A stretch of DNA of 63,918 nucleotides, counting the filler, from Candidatus Fermentibacterota bacterium (GTDB lineage: Bacteria > JAFGKV01): assembly GCA_016928395.1 (NCBI GenBank). It is 7 parts of 7 records of this genome, joined end to end, with 100 filler letters (N's around TTAATTAATTAA, not from the genome) between each part and the next. Parts side by side here need not be neighbours in the genome. Positions count along the whole stretch, not along the records: positions 38,268 to 41,770 come from JAFGKV010000182.1; positions 41,871 to 44,622 come from JAFGKV010000183.1; positions 44,723 to 60,255 come from JAFGKV010000184.1; 4 more parts are not named here. One strand, 5' to 3'. The notes under the pieces are model-generated. The model was not told the origin of the DNA and did no database searches. It saw only the letters and a list, made by a program, of their open reading frames with translations. A program made the position numbers and the translations under genes. The stretch's first letter is position 1. Every line of letters starts with the position of its first letter. Positions 38,410 through 46,745 of the stretch are shown one piece after another.

Positions 38410-39006
38410 ATGACCAAGAAAGCCGGCATCTTCTGGGGCCTCGTCATGGTCGTAGTCGGGGCGCTCTTCCTCCTCGGCAACTTGGGATATATCGATTTCA
38501 CGTTGGGTAGGCTCCTGTCCGAGTTCTGGCCGGTGGCCCTCATCTACATCGGGGCCCGCATGGTCTCTGCAACCTACGGTTCGGCGGCAGGATCCACCGT
38601 GGTGCACGGGGTCGGCGGCGAACCCGCGACCTTCCTGCCTGGATACTCGCGCCTAATGGGGCGGTACTTCATTGGCGACATAGAGCTCAAAGTAGACCGG
38701 CCCATCGACGGCGGGGTCGTGCACGTAGCGGTCGGCAACATCGACCTTGATCTCAGCGCCTCGGGCGCTACGGCGGGCCGGCGAGTGCTGGACTGCCTGA
38801 CCCGCGTCGGCAATGTGCGGATTGTGATGCCTGCCCAGGGTGAGTGGCGGGTCGAGGCCCTGTGCCTCCTTGGTGATGTCACGGTGGGCAGGGAGAGCCG
38901 CGACGGCCTCCTCAAGGCGCTTTCCTTTTCCTCTCCCGGCTTCAATGATACCACGGGCCTCCTTGTTCGGATTCGCTCCGGCATCGGCTCGGTGGTAGTT
39001 CATTGA
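38410..39006 (+). CDS. LiaF-like membrane protein (DUF5668 + DUF2154-like)
   Basis: IFWGLVMVVVGALFLLGNLG..FWPVALI; repeated G-[DN]-I-x-L beta motifs. Confidence 0.75.
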   Translation: MTKKAGIFWGLVMVVVGALFLLGNLGYIDFTLGRLLSEFWPVALIYIGARMVSATYGSAAGSTVVHGVGGEPATFLPGYSRLMGRYFIGDIELKVDRPIDGGVVHVAVGNIDLDLSASGATAGRRVLDCLTRVGNVRIVMPAQGEWRVEALCLLGDVTVGRESRDGLLKALSFSSPGFNDTTGLLVRIRSGIGSVVVH

Positions 39007-39041
39007 ACCGGGCTGCCGGGTGACTCGACCGCTTCCCCCGG

Positions 39042-39360
39042 GAGAGGAGTGAGGAGTGTGGAGATAGCACGACTGCCTGAACCCTTCAACCCTGAGCCCT
39101 GAACCCTTGTGTGAGAGAACATGCAAAGCTCGCACACGTGCTTGTACCCGTACTCGTGCTCGAATGCCCGGCTCGTCGATTACGATTACGACAACGATAG
39201 CGATACCGATACCGACCCCGAGCCGGCGGGCGGCAACAGAGTTAGGAGATAGGAATGAGGAGTGAGGAGAGGCGGCAGAGGCCCGACTGAACCCTGAACC
39301 CTGAATCCTGCTCGCAGAGCGAGCTGAACCCTGGACCCTGCTCGCAGAGCGAGCTGAACG
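39042..39360. repeat. Composite repeat region: heptamer runs, dispersed element (39106-39223) and a 23-bp direct repeat with hairpin
   Basis: CCCTGAA runs; CCTGCTCGCAGAGCGAGCTGAAC at 39307 and 39337; inverted match to 16761-16855. Confidence 0.85.
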
Positions 39361-39469
39361 CTGCTCGTAACGCGAGCCTGGCCCATGCGGAATGCAAGTC
39401 ATGATTGCATTCTGCACGACAGGGTCAGGCGCCTCAGCCTCCTTCGCCTTTCAGACATGACTTTCGTTC

Positions 39470-39484
39470 CGGCACGGGAGTTGC
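39470..39484 (+). promoter_or_regulatory. sigma54 promoter of the pilin gene
   Basis: CGGCACGGGAGTTGC; palindrome ATGCAA-N7-TTGCAT at 39392-39410 upstream. Confidence 0.6.
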
Positions 39485-39561
39485 GACTTGGCATGGTGGA
39501 TTTATGGTGGGCCCGGAGATTCCGGTGTCCGTTGTTCAAGACCCCGCAAATGGAGGTTCCG

Positions 39562-39891
39562 ATGCGGAACAAGGGTTTTACCCTCGTTGAGTTGATGGTC
39601 GTTGTCGCCATCATTATCATCCTCGCCGCCATCCTGATCCCGCGTTATCTGGACGTGACCGAGAGCGCCAAGACGGCCAAGTGCTCCGCGAACCAGAAGA
39701 CGCTGGAAGCAGCCAACGGCATGTACATGGCAGACCCACTCAACACCGACACTGAAGAGGTTGCCGACTTGGCGAACCTCGCACCGACCTACATCGTCCA
39801 GCTGCCGACCTGCCCCAAGGGCGGCACCTATGACATCGACAACGGCTATGTGACCTGCTCCTACACCCCGACTCACGACCGGAACTTCTAG
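39562..39891 (+). CDS. Type IV pilin / pseudopilin
   Basis: MRNKG-FTLVELMVVVAIIIILAAI class III signal; C-terminal CPKGGTY..C; SD GGAGG. Confidence 0.92.
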   Translation: MRNKGFTLVELMVVVAIIIILAAILIPRYLDVTESAKTAKCSANQKTLEAANGMYMADPLNTDTEEVADLANLAPTYIVQLPTCPKGGTYDIDNGYVTCSYTPTHDRNF

Positions 39892-39906
39892 TCGTCAGTG
39901 CCTCTC

Positions 39907-39941
39907 GAACGGCGGCCTTTCGAGGCCGCCGTTCTCTTTTT
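39907..39941 (+). terminator. Intrinsic terminator
   Basis: GAACGGCGGCCT-TTCG-AGGCCGCCGTTC followed by TCTTTTT. Confidence 0.9.
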
Positions 39942-39958
39942 GGATTGCCTCCACCGGC

Positions 39959-41593
39959 ATGGCTGCATCGCCGGGTGATGGCACGCCGATTCGCTTCCAG
40001 TTGGCCCACGGAGAGGCACGAAAGGCGATCCCGCCGGTGAGCCTGCGTATTCCGAAGGCCAGCGCCACTGGCGCTGCACCCCGCCTATCGCGTGCGGCGC
40101 CGATGATCTGCGCGGTCATCCTCTTTGGCGTTCAGGCGTTTGTGGCTGCCTCGAAGGATTCCCAGACCTGGGATGAGGCCTATGCTATCGCCGCGGGCTT
40201 CCGGAATACGTCACGGGGTGATTTCTCCATGGTGCCGGAGAATCCTCCGCTCCTTGGGCTCCTGGTCTCCCTCCCTTTGAAGCTTGCCGGGGCCCGGCTT
40301 CCCGAGGATTCAGTCGCCTCAGCGGTTCAGTACGGCAGAGTCTTCCTGTATGGCTGCGGCAATGACCACCACAGGCTCCTTCTGGTCTCCCGCTGCGCGG
40401 TGATTGCGGCCGGCCTTGCGGCGGTTGCCGCAACCGTCGGATGGGCAGGGGCGGTGTGGGGCATGCGGGGTGCGTGGTGCGCCGCGGCGCTCTGTGCATC
40501 CGAGCCCAACTGGCTCGCCCACGGCCATCTGGTCGCCTGGGACGGCCTGGCCACGGCCACCATCACCCTGGCGGTCGTCGGCCTGGCGTGGATGATGGCG
40601 AATCCCCGGCCTCGCCGGGCCCTGGGAGCCGGGGTGCTCATGGGCGTGGCCCTGGCAGCCAAGCACACGGCTCTGATCCTACTACCGCTCGCCGTGATGT
40701 GTGTGGCCTGGGCGAGTTTTCGGGGAAAGGGCACCGGCGGGATCTCCCGCGGCCTGGTACTCGCGGGGCTTCTGTTCGCCGGTGCCATTCTAGCCGTTGG
40801 GGCTTCCTACAATCTCCGATTCCGCTATGACCTCTACGCGGACAGTATCGGCGCTATCTACCGGATGAACCAGCCCGGCTACCAGAACTACCTTCTGGGC
40901 AGTTTCTCTGACCGCCCGTTTTTCGCATACTACTTTGTTGCCCTGGCGGTGAAGACTCCCTGTGCATTTCTCCCCCTGCTGGTTCTGGGGGCACTGGCTT
41001 CGGTCCGGTCACGACGGGCCGAGATCCTTCCCGCAGCGACTCTCGCGATGCTTCTCTTCGGCGCGGCCATGTTCAATCGCTACAATATCGGCATTCGCCA
41101 CATCACTCCTGTTATCCCGAGTCTCATTGTTCTCGCCTCGGGAGCGGTGACGATGGGCCGCACCCGGTACCGGGCTGCCGCCCCGCTCATTCTGGCGGCC
41201 CTGATGGTGGTCGAGACCGGGGCACGGGCTCCGCAGTACTTGCCCTTCTTCAATGTGGCGGCAGGGGGACCTGCTCGCGGCATCAGGATCCTCGATGAAT
41301 CGAACGTCGACTGGGGCCAAGACCTCGAGCGCCTGGCTTCGTTGATGCAGCAGGAAGGGAATCCCGAGATTGGGCTGATTTACTATGGCTCTGCCGACCC
41401 CGCAGCCTATGGCATTCGTCACACGCCGATCCTTTTCAAAGAGCTCCGCGAGCCGGTTTCGGGCCGATTCTACGCCATCAGCGCGCACATTCACAACCGC
41501 CTCGTGCGACTGGAAGGCGAGAAGGCGGGATGGCTGCGCCACACGAAACCCTGGCGCATCGCCGGGGCGAGCATCTACGTATACCGGTTCTAG
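39959..41593 (+). CDS. GT-C (ArnT/PMT-like) lipid-carrier-dependent glycosyltransferase; start uncertain (alternative 40103)
   Basis: SQTWDE acidic motif, ENPPL, multiple TMs, IGIRH, DESNVDWGQDL. Confidence 0.8.
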   Translation: MAASPGDGTPIRFQLAHGEARKAIPPVSLRIPKASATGAAPRLSRAAPMICAVILFGVQAFVAASKDSQTWDEAYAIAAGFRNTSRGDFSMVPENPPLLGLLVSLPLKLAGARLPEDSVASAVQYGRVFLYGCGNDHHRLLLVSRCAVIAAGLAAVAATVGWAGAVWGMRGAWCAAALCASEPNWLAHGHLVAWDGLATATITLAVVGLAWMMANPRPRRALGAGVLMGVALAAKHTALILLPLAVMCVAWASFRGKGTGGISRGLVLAGLLFAGAILAVGASYNLRFRYDLYADSIGAIYRMNQPGYQNYLLGSFSDRPFFAYYFVALAVKTPCAFLPLLVLGALASVRSRRAEILPAATLAMLLFGAAMFNRYNIGIRHITPVIPSLIVLASGAVTMGRTRYRAAAPLILAALMVVETGARAPQYLPFFNVAAGGPARGIRILDESNVDWGQDLERLASLMQQEGNPEIGLIYYGSADPAAYGIRHTPILFKELREPVSGRFYAISAHIHNRLVRLEGEKAGWLRHTKPWRIAGASIYVYRF

Positions 41594-41628
41594 CCTACCA
41601 GATCCCCAACCCCGTGGGGACTGGCCAC

Positions 41629-41770
41629 GCAGGGTTCAGGCGGGCCAGAGAATGATGGAGTAATGGAACGATGGAACGATGGAACGATGGGGACGGGTGG
41701 ATGGATGGGTGGCACGCTCTGCGAGTAGGGAGCAGGGTTCAGGCGGGCAAGGAATGACGGAACGATGGAA
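41629..41770. repeat. Octamer GAACGATG repeats plus duplicated GCAGGGTTCAGGCGGGC
   Basis: Direct reading; inverted copy of the octamer near 57243-57266. Confidence 0.75.
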
Positions 41771-41870
41771 NNNNNNNNNNNNNNNNNNNNNNNNNNNNNN
41801 NNNNNNNNNNNNNNTTAATTAATTAANNNNNNNNNNNNNNNNNNNNNNNNNNNNNNNNNNNNNNNNNNNN
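41771..41870. other. Artificial contig spacer
   Basis: N run containing TTAATTAATTAA. Confidence 0.99.
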
Positions 41871-42017
41871 CGGCCCATGCCCCAGCGCTTCCTCGAGGCC
41901 ATGGCCGATCTGCCGGCGTGCGGCGGCATCGCGCTGGGCGTGGACCGCCTGGTTATGCTGCTGTGCGACGCGGCTTCCATCGATGACGTGGTGGCGTTTC
42001 CGAAGGAACTAGCTTAG
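41871..42017 (+). CDS. epmA: EF-P lysine aminoacylase EpmA/GenX, C-terminus (truncated by contig start)
   Basis: Hand translation [48 protein letters not shown]. Confidence 0.75.
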   Translation, partial: RPMPQRFLEAMADLPACGGIALGVDRLVMLLCDAASIDDVVAFPKELA

Positions 42018-42043
42018 GGGACACCAAGCGCTGGCTCTTGTGT

Positions 42044-42070
42044 GTCATTCCCGCGAAGGTGGGAATCCAG
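42044..42070. repeat. GTCATTCCCGCG..GGGAATCCAG-type palindromic repeat
   Basis: ATTCCC-N8-GGGAAT palindrome. Confidence 0.7.
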
Positions 42071-42165
42071 GAACTGTTGATTGCCGGCGCGGTTCGTTTC
42101 GCCGGGTCAGGTCACGGACCTGACCCCCTCCACAACTCGCTTTCGCCCCTGCCGTACAACCTAGT

Positions 42166-42624
42166 CTACTTCAGAGGGAACACAACCTGCGTCTTGAGGT
42201 CCTCCGGTTTCGTCTCGTCGGGATCATTGAGGTAGTACTCGTAGGCCACGCCGGTCACCTCGTATCCCTTGTCAGCGATCCATTTTGTCAGTGCTTCGTA
42301 CGCCGGGCCGATCTTGTCATACGGGCCGGTGTGTATGACCACGCCAAACTTGCCGCCGGGTATATGGCCAGCCTTGATCTCGCCCTTGCCCGGGAGATCC
42401 TTGGGCACCGGGAAGCCCAGCTCCACGTCCAGGTCTTGCATATCCATGTTGTGGTATGCAGCAAAAGGAGCGCCCGCCGGGTACTGTCCCAGCTGCGCCA
42501 GGTACTGGGCGATGTCCCCGAAGGCCTTCCCGATGACTTGAGGCAAGTTCTGAACAGATGTCCGCGTGCGGATGGCCAAGGTCGGTTGGGCCGGCTGTTC
42601 TCTGAGTTCACACTGATACGACAT
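42166..42624 (-). CDS. GyrI-like small-molecule binding protein
   Basis: PAGAPFAAY..HTGPYDKIGPAYEALTKWI..YEYYLNDP. Confidence 0.9.
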   Translation of the reverse strand: MSYQCELREQPAQPTLAIRTRTSVQNLPQVIGKAFGDIAQYLAQLGQYPAGAPFAAYHNMDMQDLDVELGFPVPKDLPGKGEIKAGHIPGGKFGVVIHTGPYDKIGPAYEALTKWIADKGYEVTGVAYEYYLNDPDETKPEDLKTQVVFPLK

Positions 42625-42721
42625 GGTCTTCCTCCTCGGCCCCCACTATACCATGATTGGCCTTCTGGCCGCATCGTGTGGTTTAATAGGCTGTGACGTG
42701 TTGTCGTGAGGAGAGCGATCG

Positions 42722-42955
42722 ATGTGCCTGGCAGTCCCAGCCCTAGTCAAGTCGGTTGATGGCGATGAGGCCGAGGTCGAACTCGGCGGCGTCACGCGCC
42801 GCGCCAGCATCATGCTCACGCCTGAGGCTAAGGTAGGGGACTACGTGCTGCTGCATGCAGGCTATGCCATCAACATCGTAGACCAAGCCGAGGCGGAGGA
42901 GACCCTGAACATGCTGAGGGAGATGGCCCGACTGGCCGAGGACGACACCGAATGA
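42722..42955 (+). CDS. hypC: Hydrogenase maturation chaperone HypC
   Basis: MCLAVP..VGDYVLLHAGYAI. Confidence 0.95.
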   Translation: MCLAVPALVKSVDGDEAEVELGGVTRRASIMLTPEAKVGDYVLLHAGYAINIVDQAEAEETLNMLREMARLAEDDTE

Positions 42956-44043
42956 GACTGGTGGACGATTTCCGGAACACGGAGCTGGCTAAAGGGCTCA
43001 TCGACAGTATCCGCCGCATTTCCACCAAGCACGTTCGCCTCATGGAGTTCTGTGGCGGCCATACCGTAGCCATCATGAAGCACGGCATCCGCCAGCTTCT
43101 GCCACCGACCATCGAGATGCTCTCCGGACCGGGCTGCCCGGTGTGTGTCACGGACAACTCCGACCTGGACAAGGCCATTGCCCTGGCGCGGCTCCCCGAA
43201 GTGACCCTGACCACCTTCGGGGACATGCTCAAGGTTCCCGGCAGCCGCTCCAGCCTGCAGCAGGCCAGGGCCGAGGGCGCCGATGTGCGCATCGTCTACT
43301 CGACTTTGGACGCTCTGGAGATAGCCCGGCAGAACCCGTCCCGCAAAGTCGTTTTCTTGGGCGTGGGCTTTGAGACCACCGCGCCCACGGTGGCGGCCTC
43401 CGTTCTTCAGTCGGAGAAAGAAGGCATCGGCAACTACTACATCCTCTCGATGCACAAGCTTTGCCCTCCGGTGATCCGGGCCATCCTCGATTCCGGTGAG
43501 GTCAGGGTGAGCGGGCTGATCTGTCCGGGACACGTGAGCACCGTGGTCGGCTCCGAAGCGTGGAGTTTCATTGCACACGAATATTGCATTCCCTGCGTGG
43601 TGTCCGGATTTGAGCCGGTGGACATCCTGCAGACCATCCAGATGCTGGTTAGCCAACTGGAGAAAGGCGAGTCCCGCGTCGAGATCGCCTACAGGCGGGG
43701 GGTGACCGCGCAGGGCAACGAGCGGGCGCTGGAGATCATGTACCAGGTGTTCGAGCCGTGCCCGGCGCGGTGGCGGGGGATGGGGACAGTCCCTGGCAGT
43801 GGCCTGGGGCTGAGGCCCGCCTACGCTCGCTTCAACGCGGAGGCGGCCTTCGAGTTCGACCCCGGCCCAACTGTGGAGCCGAAGGGCTGCATCTGCGGGG
43901 AGGTCTTGAGAGCGGTCAAGACGCCGCGGGACTGCAAGCTATTCCGCACGGTCTGCACGCCTGCGAATCCGGTGGGGCCGTGCATGGTGTCCTCAGAGGG
44001 AAGCTGTGCTGCGTACTACCTCTATGGAGCAGCGGATGACTGA
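42952..44043 (+). CDS. hypD: Hydrogenase formation protein HypD
   Basis: MEFCGGHT, GPGCPVC, GFETT, PGHVS, GPCMVSSEGSC. Confidence 0.97.
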   Translation: MRLVDDFRNTELAKGLIDSIRRISTKHVRLMEFCGGHTVAIMKHGIRQLLPPTIEMLSGPGCPVCVTDNSDLDKAIALARLPEVTLTTFGDMLKVPGSRSSLQQARAEGADVRIVYSTLDALEIARQNPSRKVVFLGVGFETTAPTVAASVLQSEKEGIGNYYILSMHKLCPPVIRAILDSGEVRVSGLICPGHVSTVVGSEAWSFIAHEYCIPCVVSGFEPVDILQTIQMLVSQLEKGESRVEIAYRRGVTAQGNERALEIMYQVFEPCPARWRGMGTVPGSGLGLRPAYARFNAEAAFEFDPGPTVEPKGCICGEVLRAVKTPRDCKLFRTVCTPANPVGPCMVSSEGSCAAYYLYGAADD

Positions 44044-44622
44044 GAGAATCCTCTTGGCCCACGGCGCAGGCGGCAAGGCGGCCCACGATCTCGTAGAGAA
44101 GGTCCTGGTTAAGCCGCTGTCGAACCCGCTGCTGGACCGGCTGGACGACTCGGCCGTGTTCTCCTGCAGCGGCCGGCTGGCCTTCACCACCGACAGCTAC
44201 GTGGTCAATCCCATCTTCTTCCCCGGCGGCGACATCGGGAAACTGGCGGTGTGCGGCACAGTCAACGACCTGTCCATGGTGGGAGCCACGCCGCTCTACC
44301 TGAGCCTGGCCTTCATCATCGAAGAGGGTCTGGCGCTGGACGACCTCGAGCGCGTGCTGTTGTCCGTCCAGGCGGCGGCCAGCGAGGCCCAGGTACAGAT
44401 CGTCACCGGAGACACCAAGGTGGTGAACAAAGGGAGCGCCGACAACCTGTTCGTCAATACGGCCGGGGTAGGTAAGGTGCCAGAAGGAATCGACATCTCC
44501 GGCTCCAAAGCCCAGCCGGGTGACAAGGTGATCCTCAGCGGGACCATCGGCGACCATGGCATCGCGGTTCTCAGCCAGCGCGAAGGTCTTGGCTTCTCCA
44601 CCAAGCTGGAAAGCGACTGTGC
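44036..44622 (+). CDS. hypE: Carbamoyl dehydratase HypE (truncated by contig end)
   Basis: AHGAGG, TTDSYVV..FFPGGDIGKLAVCGTVNDL, TGDTKVV. Confidence 0.95.
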
Positions 44623-44722
44623 NNNNNNNNNNNNNNNNNNNNNNNNNNNNNNNNNNNNNNNNNNNNTTAATTAATTAANNNNNNNNNNNNNNNNNNNNNN
44701 NNNNNNNNNNNNNNNNNNNNNN
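44623..44722. other. Artificial contig spacer
   Basis: N run containing TTAATTAATTAA. Confidence 0.99.
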
Positions 44723-44823
44723 CAGACATTTGGCCGTAATGACTGGGACTGCTCTTCGTCGGAGTCATCACAGCATATTGGGGCTACTTGAGCGAAGTGG
44801 ATAGCCCAGATAATGGAATAAGG

Positions 44824-46494
44824 CTACCGCTGGGTCACCAGCCGGTAGCGGGTCCATCGGGCGCTGCCTTCACGCTCCAGCACGCCGTAGCGATGGAGTT
44901 TCTTCAGGAGGTAGGAAGCCCGGTGCAGGTCAACGCCCAGCAGATCGCGACACTCGGCATTGTCCACGCTGCCGTGCGTTCTCAAGTATGCCAGCACTCG
45001 TTCTTCGTCGGCCACTACGCCATCGAGCGATGTCTCGCGTTGCGGCCCCGTGGTGTCGGAGTGACCTCGGGCCCGCTGAATCACGAGTTGCCACACACGA
45101 TCGTTCTCCGAAGTGCCCTCGGATGCCGACACAGTGGCCACCGCCGCGGCACGCCCCATGGCCGGGCCCAGATGCTCGGTCCCGATCTCTGTGCCACGGC
45201 CTCGGAGCACGGCATATTCGATGATGTTCTTCAACTCGCGCACATTGCCGGGGAATGGGTACCTCTCAAGGAGCTGAAGGGCTTCAGGATCCATGGTGGG
45301 TGTGGCAAGCCCCATGTCCGCGGCAAACAGCGTCAAGAAATGGTCGACAAGGAGTGGGATGTCTTCCCGGCGGTCCCGCAAGGGGGGAACCTTGACCGTG
45401 AAACGGGCCAGGCGATAGTAGAGGTCGTTTCGGAAGAGCCCCTGTGCCATTCGGGCCCGAAGATCCTGGTTTGTCGCTGCCACGACTCGCACATCGATCG
45501 TCTGTTCGCGGGTACTCCCCACCGGCGTAATGCACGCCGACTCCAGCGCCCGAAGCAGCTTGGCCTGCAAGGCCACATCCATGTCGCCGATCTCATCCAG
45601 GAACAGCGTGCCGCCATGGGCCAGTTCGAAGTAGCCCCTGTGCGAGGCATGCGCCCCCGTGAAGGCGCCCCGGGCATGACCGAAGAAGATCGACTCGGCC
45701 AACTCCTTGGGAACGGCCGAGCAGTTCACCGTCACGAACGGCCCACCTGACCGCGGTCCACCAAAATGGATGGCCCTGGCAACCAGTTCCTTGCCGGTGC
45801 CGCTCTCACCTGTGATCAATACCGCGGTCTTCTCTGCAGTCTGCACCGCGCGTACATCATCCAGGATCCTTTTCACCGTGGTGCTCCTGCCGATGAACCC
45901 CTCGATACCCCAGCGTTCGCCCTCCTGGCGGGCAAGTAGCGCGAGGCGGTCGTCAGCAAGCTGAACGGCCTCCTCAGCATCCCGGCGTTTCGCCATCTCC
46001 TCCCGGAGTTGGTCATTGGCTTCCTGCAGCTGCCGGTTGGCGTGGGCCAGGTCCGCGGCGCGCTCCTCCAGCTCCTGATTGCGCTCAGTGAGCGCCCGGG
46101 AGAGGCGCGCGATCTGGAGGTGTGTCCGCACCCGGAGCAGGATCTCCTCTTTCTCGAAGGGCTTGCCGACATAGTCGACCCCACCGGCTTCAAACCCGCG
46201 GATCAGGCTCTCCTTGTCCTCCTGCACCGTCACGAAGATCACGGGGATCTGACGCGTGGTTTCATCCGCCTTCAGTGCACGGCAGACCTCGTATCCGTCC
46301 ATGCCGGGCATGACGACGTCCAGCAACACCAGGTCAGGCAGCGCTCCCCGAGCGATCCTCAGTGCGGCTGGCCCGTCCGACGCACCCAAGATGCTGAATC
46401 CCTCGGGTTCCAGCACATCCCGTAGGATCTTGAGATTCGCGGGGACATCGTCGACGATCAAGACGTGGGGACCATTGCCGTTCTGTCTAGCCAT
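44824..46494 (-). CDS. sigma54 activator: REC - coiled coil - AAA+ - C-terminal winged helix
   Basis: LLDVVMP, GESGTGKE, GAFTGA; C-terminus EERVLAYLRTHGSVDNAECRDLLG..LEREGSARWTRY. Confidence 0.9.
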   Translation of the reverse strand: MARQNGNGPHVLIVDDVPANLKILRDVLEPEGFSILGASDGPAALRIARGALPDLVLLDVVMPGMDGYEVCRALKADETTRQIPVIFVTVQEDKESLIRGFEAGGVDYVGKPFEKEEILLRVRTHLQIARLSRALTERNQELEERAADLAHANRQLQEANDQLREEMAKRRDAEEAVQLADDRLALLARQEGERWGIEGFIGRSTTVKRILDDVRAVQTAEKTAVLITGESGTGKELVARAIHFGGPRSGGPFVTVNCSAVPKELAESIFFGHARGAFTGAHASHRGYFELAHGGTLFLDEIGDMDVALQAKLLRALESACITPVGSTREQTIDVRVVAATNQDLRARMAQGLFRNDLYYRLARFTVKVPPLRDRREDIPLLVDHFLTLFAADMGLATPTMDPEALQLLERYPFPGNVRELKNIIEYAVLRGRGTEIGTEHLGPAMGRAAAVATVSASEGTSENDRVWQLVIQRARGHSDTTGPQRETSLDGVVADEERVLAYLRTHGSVDNAECRDLLGVDLHRASYLLKKLHRYGVLEREGSARWTRYRLVTQR

Positions 46495-46745
46495 GACTGG
46501 TCATCCTTGGCAACCCCGGGGGCTCCACCGGCCCGCCTCACGCCTGAGGGACATGTATGCCCATGCAGATGTAGGAGCGGCTCTTGGTCCCGCACCGCCG
46601 GATGCGGGGTCAGCCGCGAACGTGCCGGGTCCGAAGGCCCTCCTACGCTCGATCGGCGATCCTAAGCACATGGCACACACCCGGCCAACTTCCGGTGCTG
46701 ATCGAGTTCTCCCGTAGGGATGTCCGGCGTTCTGTCTAGCCATGA
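46479..46745. repeat. 18-bp direct repeat (46479-46496 and 46728-46745) flanking a REP doublet (46571-46646)
   Basis: CGTTCTGTCTAGCCATGA twice; GTAGGAGCGGCT[insert]CAGCCGCGAA..GAAGGCCCTCCTAC. Confidence 0.85.

Noticed and set aside
39287-39360. 23-bp direct repeat as a possible CRISPR array
   Set aside because: Only two copies, a 7-bp spacer that is itself a repeat unit, and no cas genes
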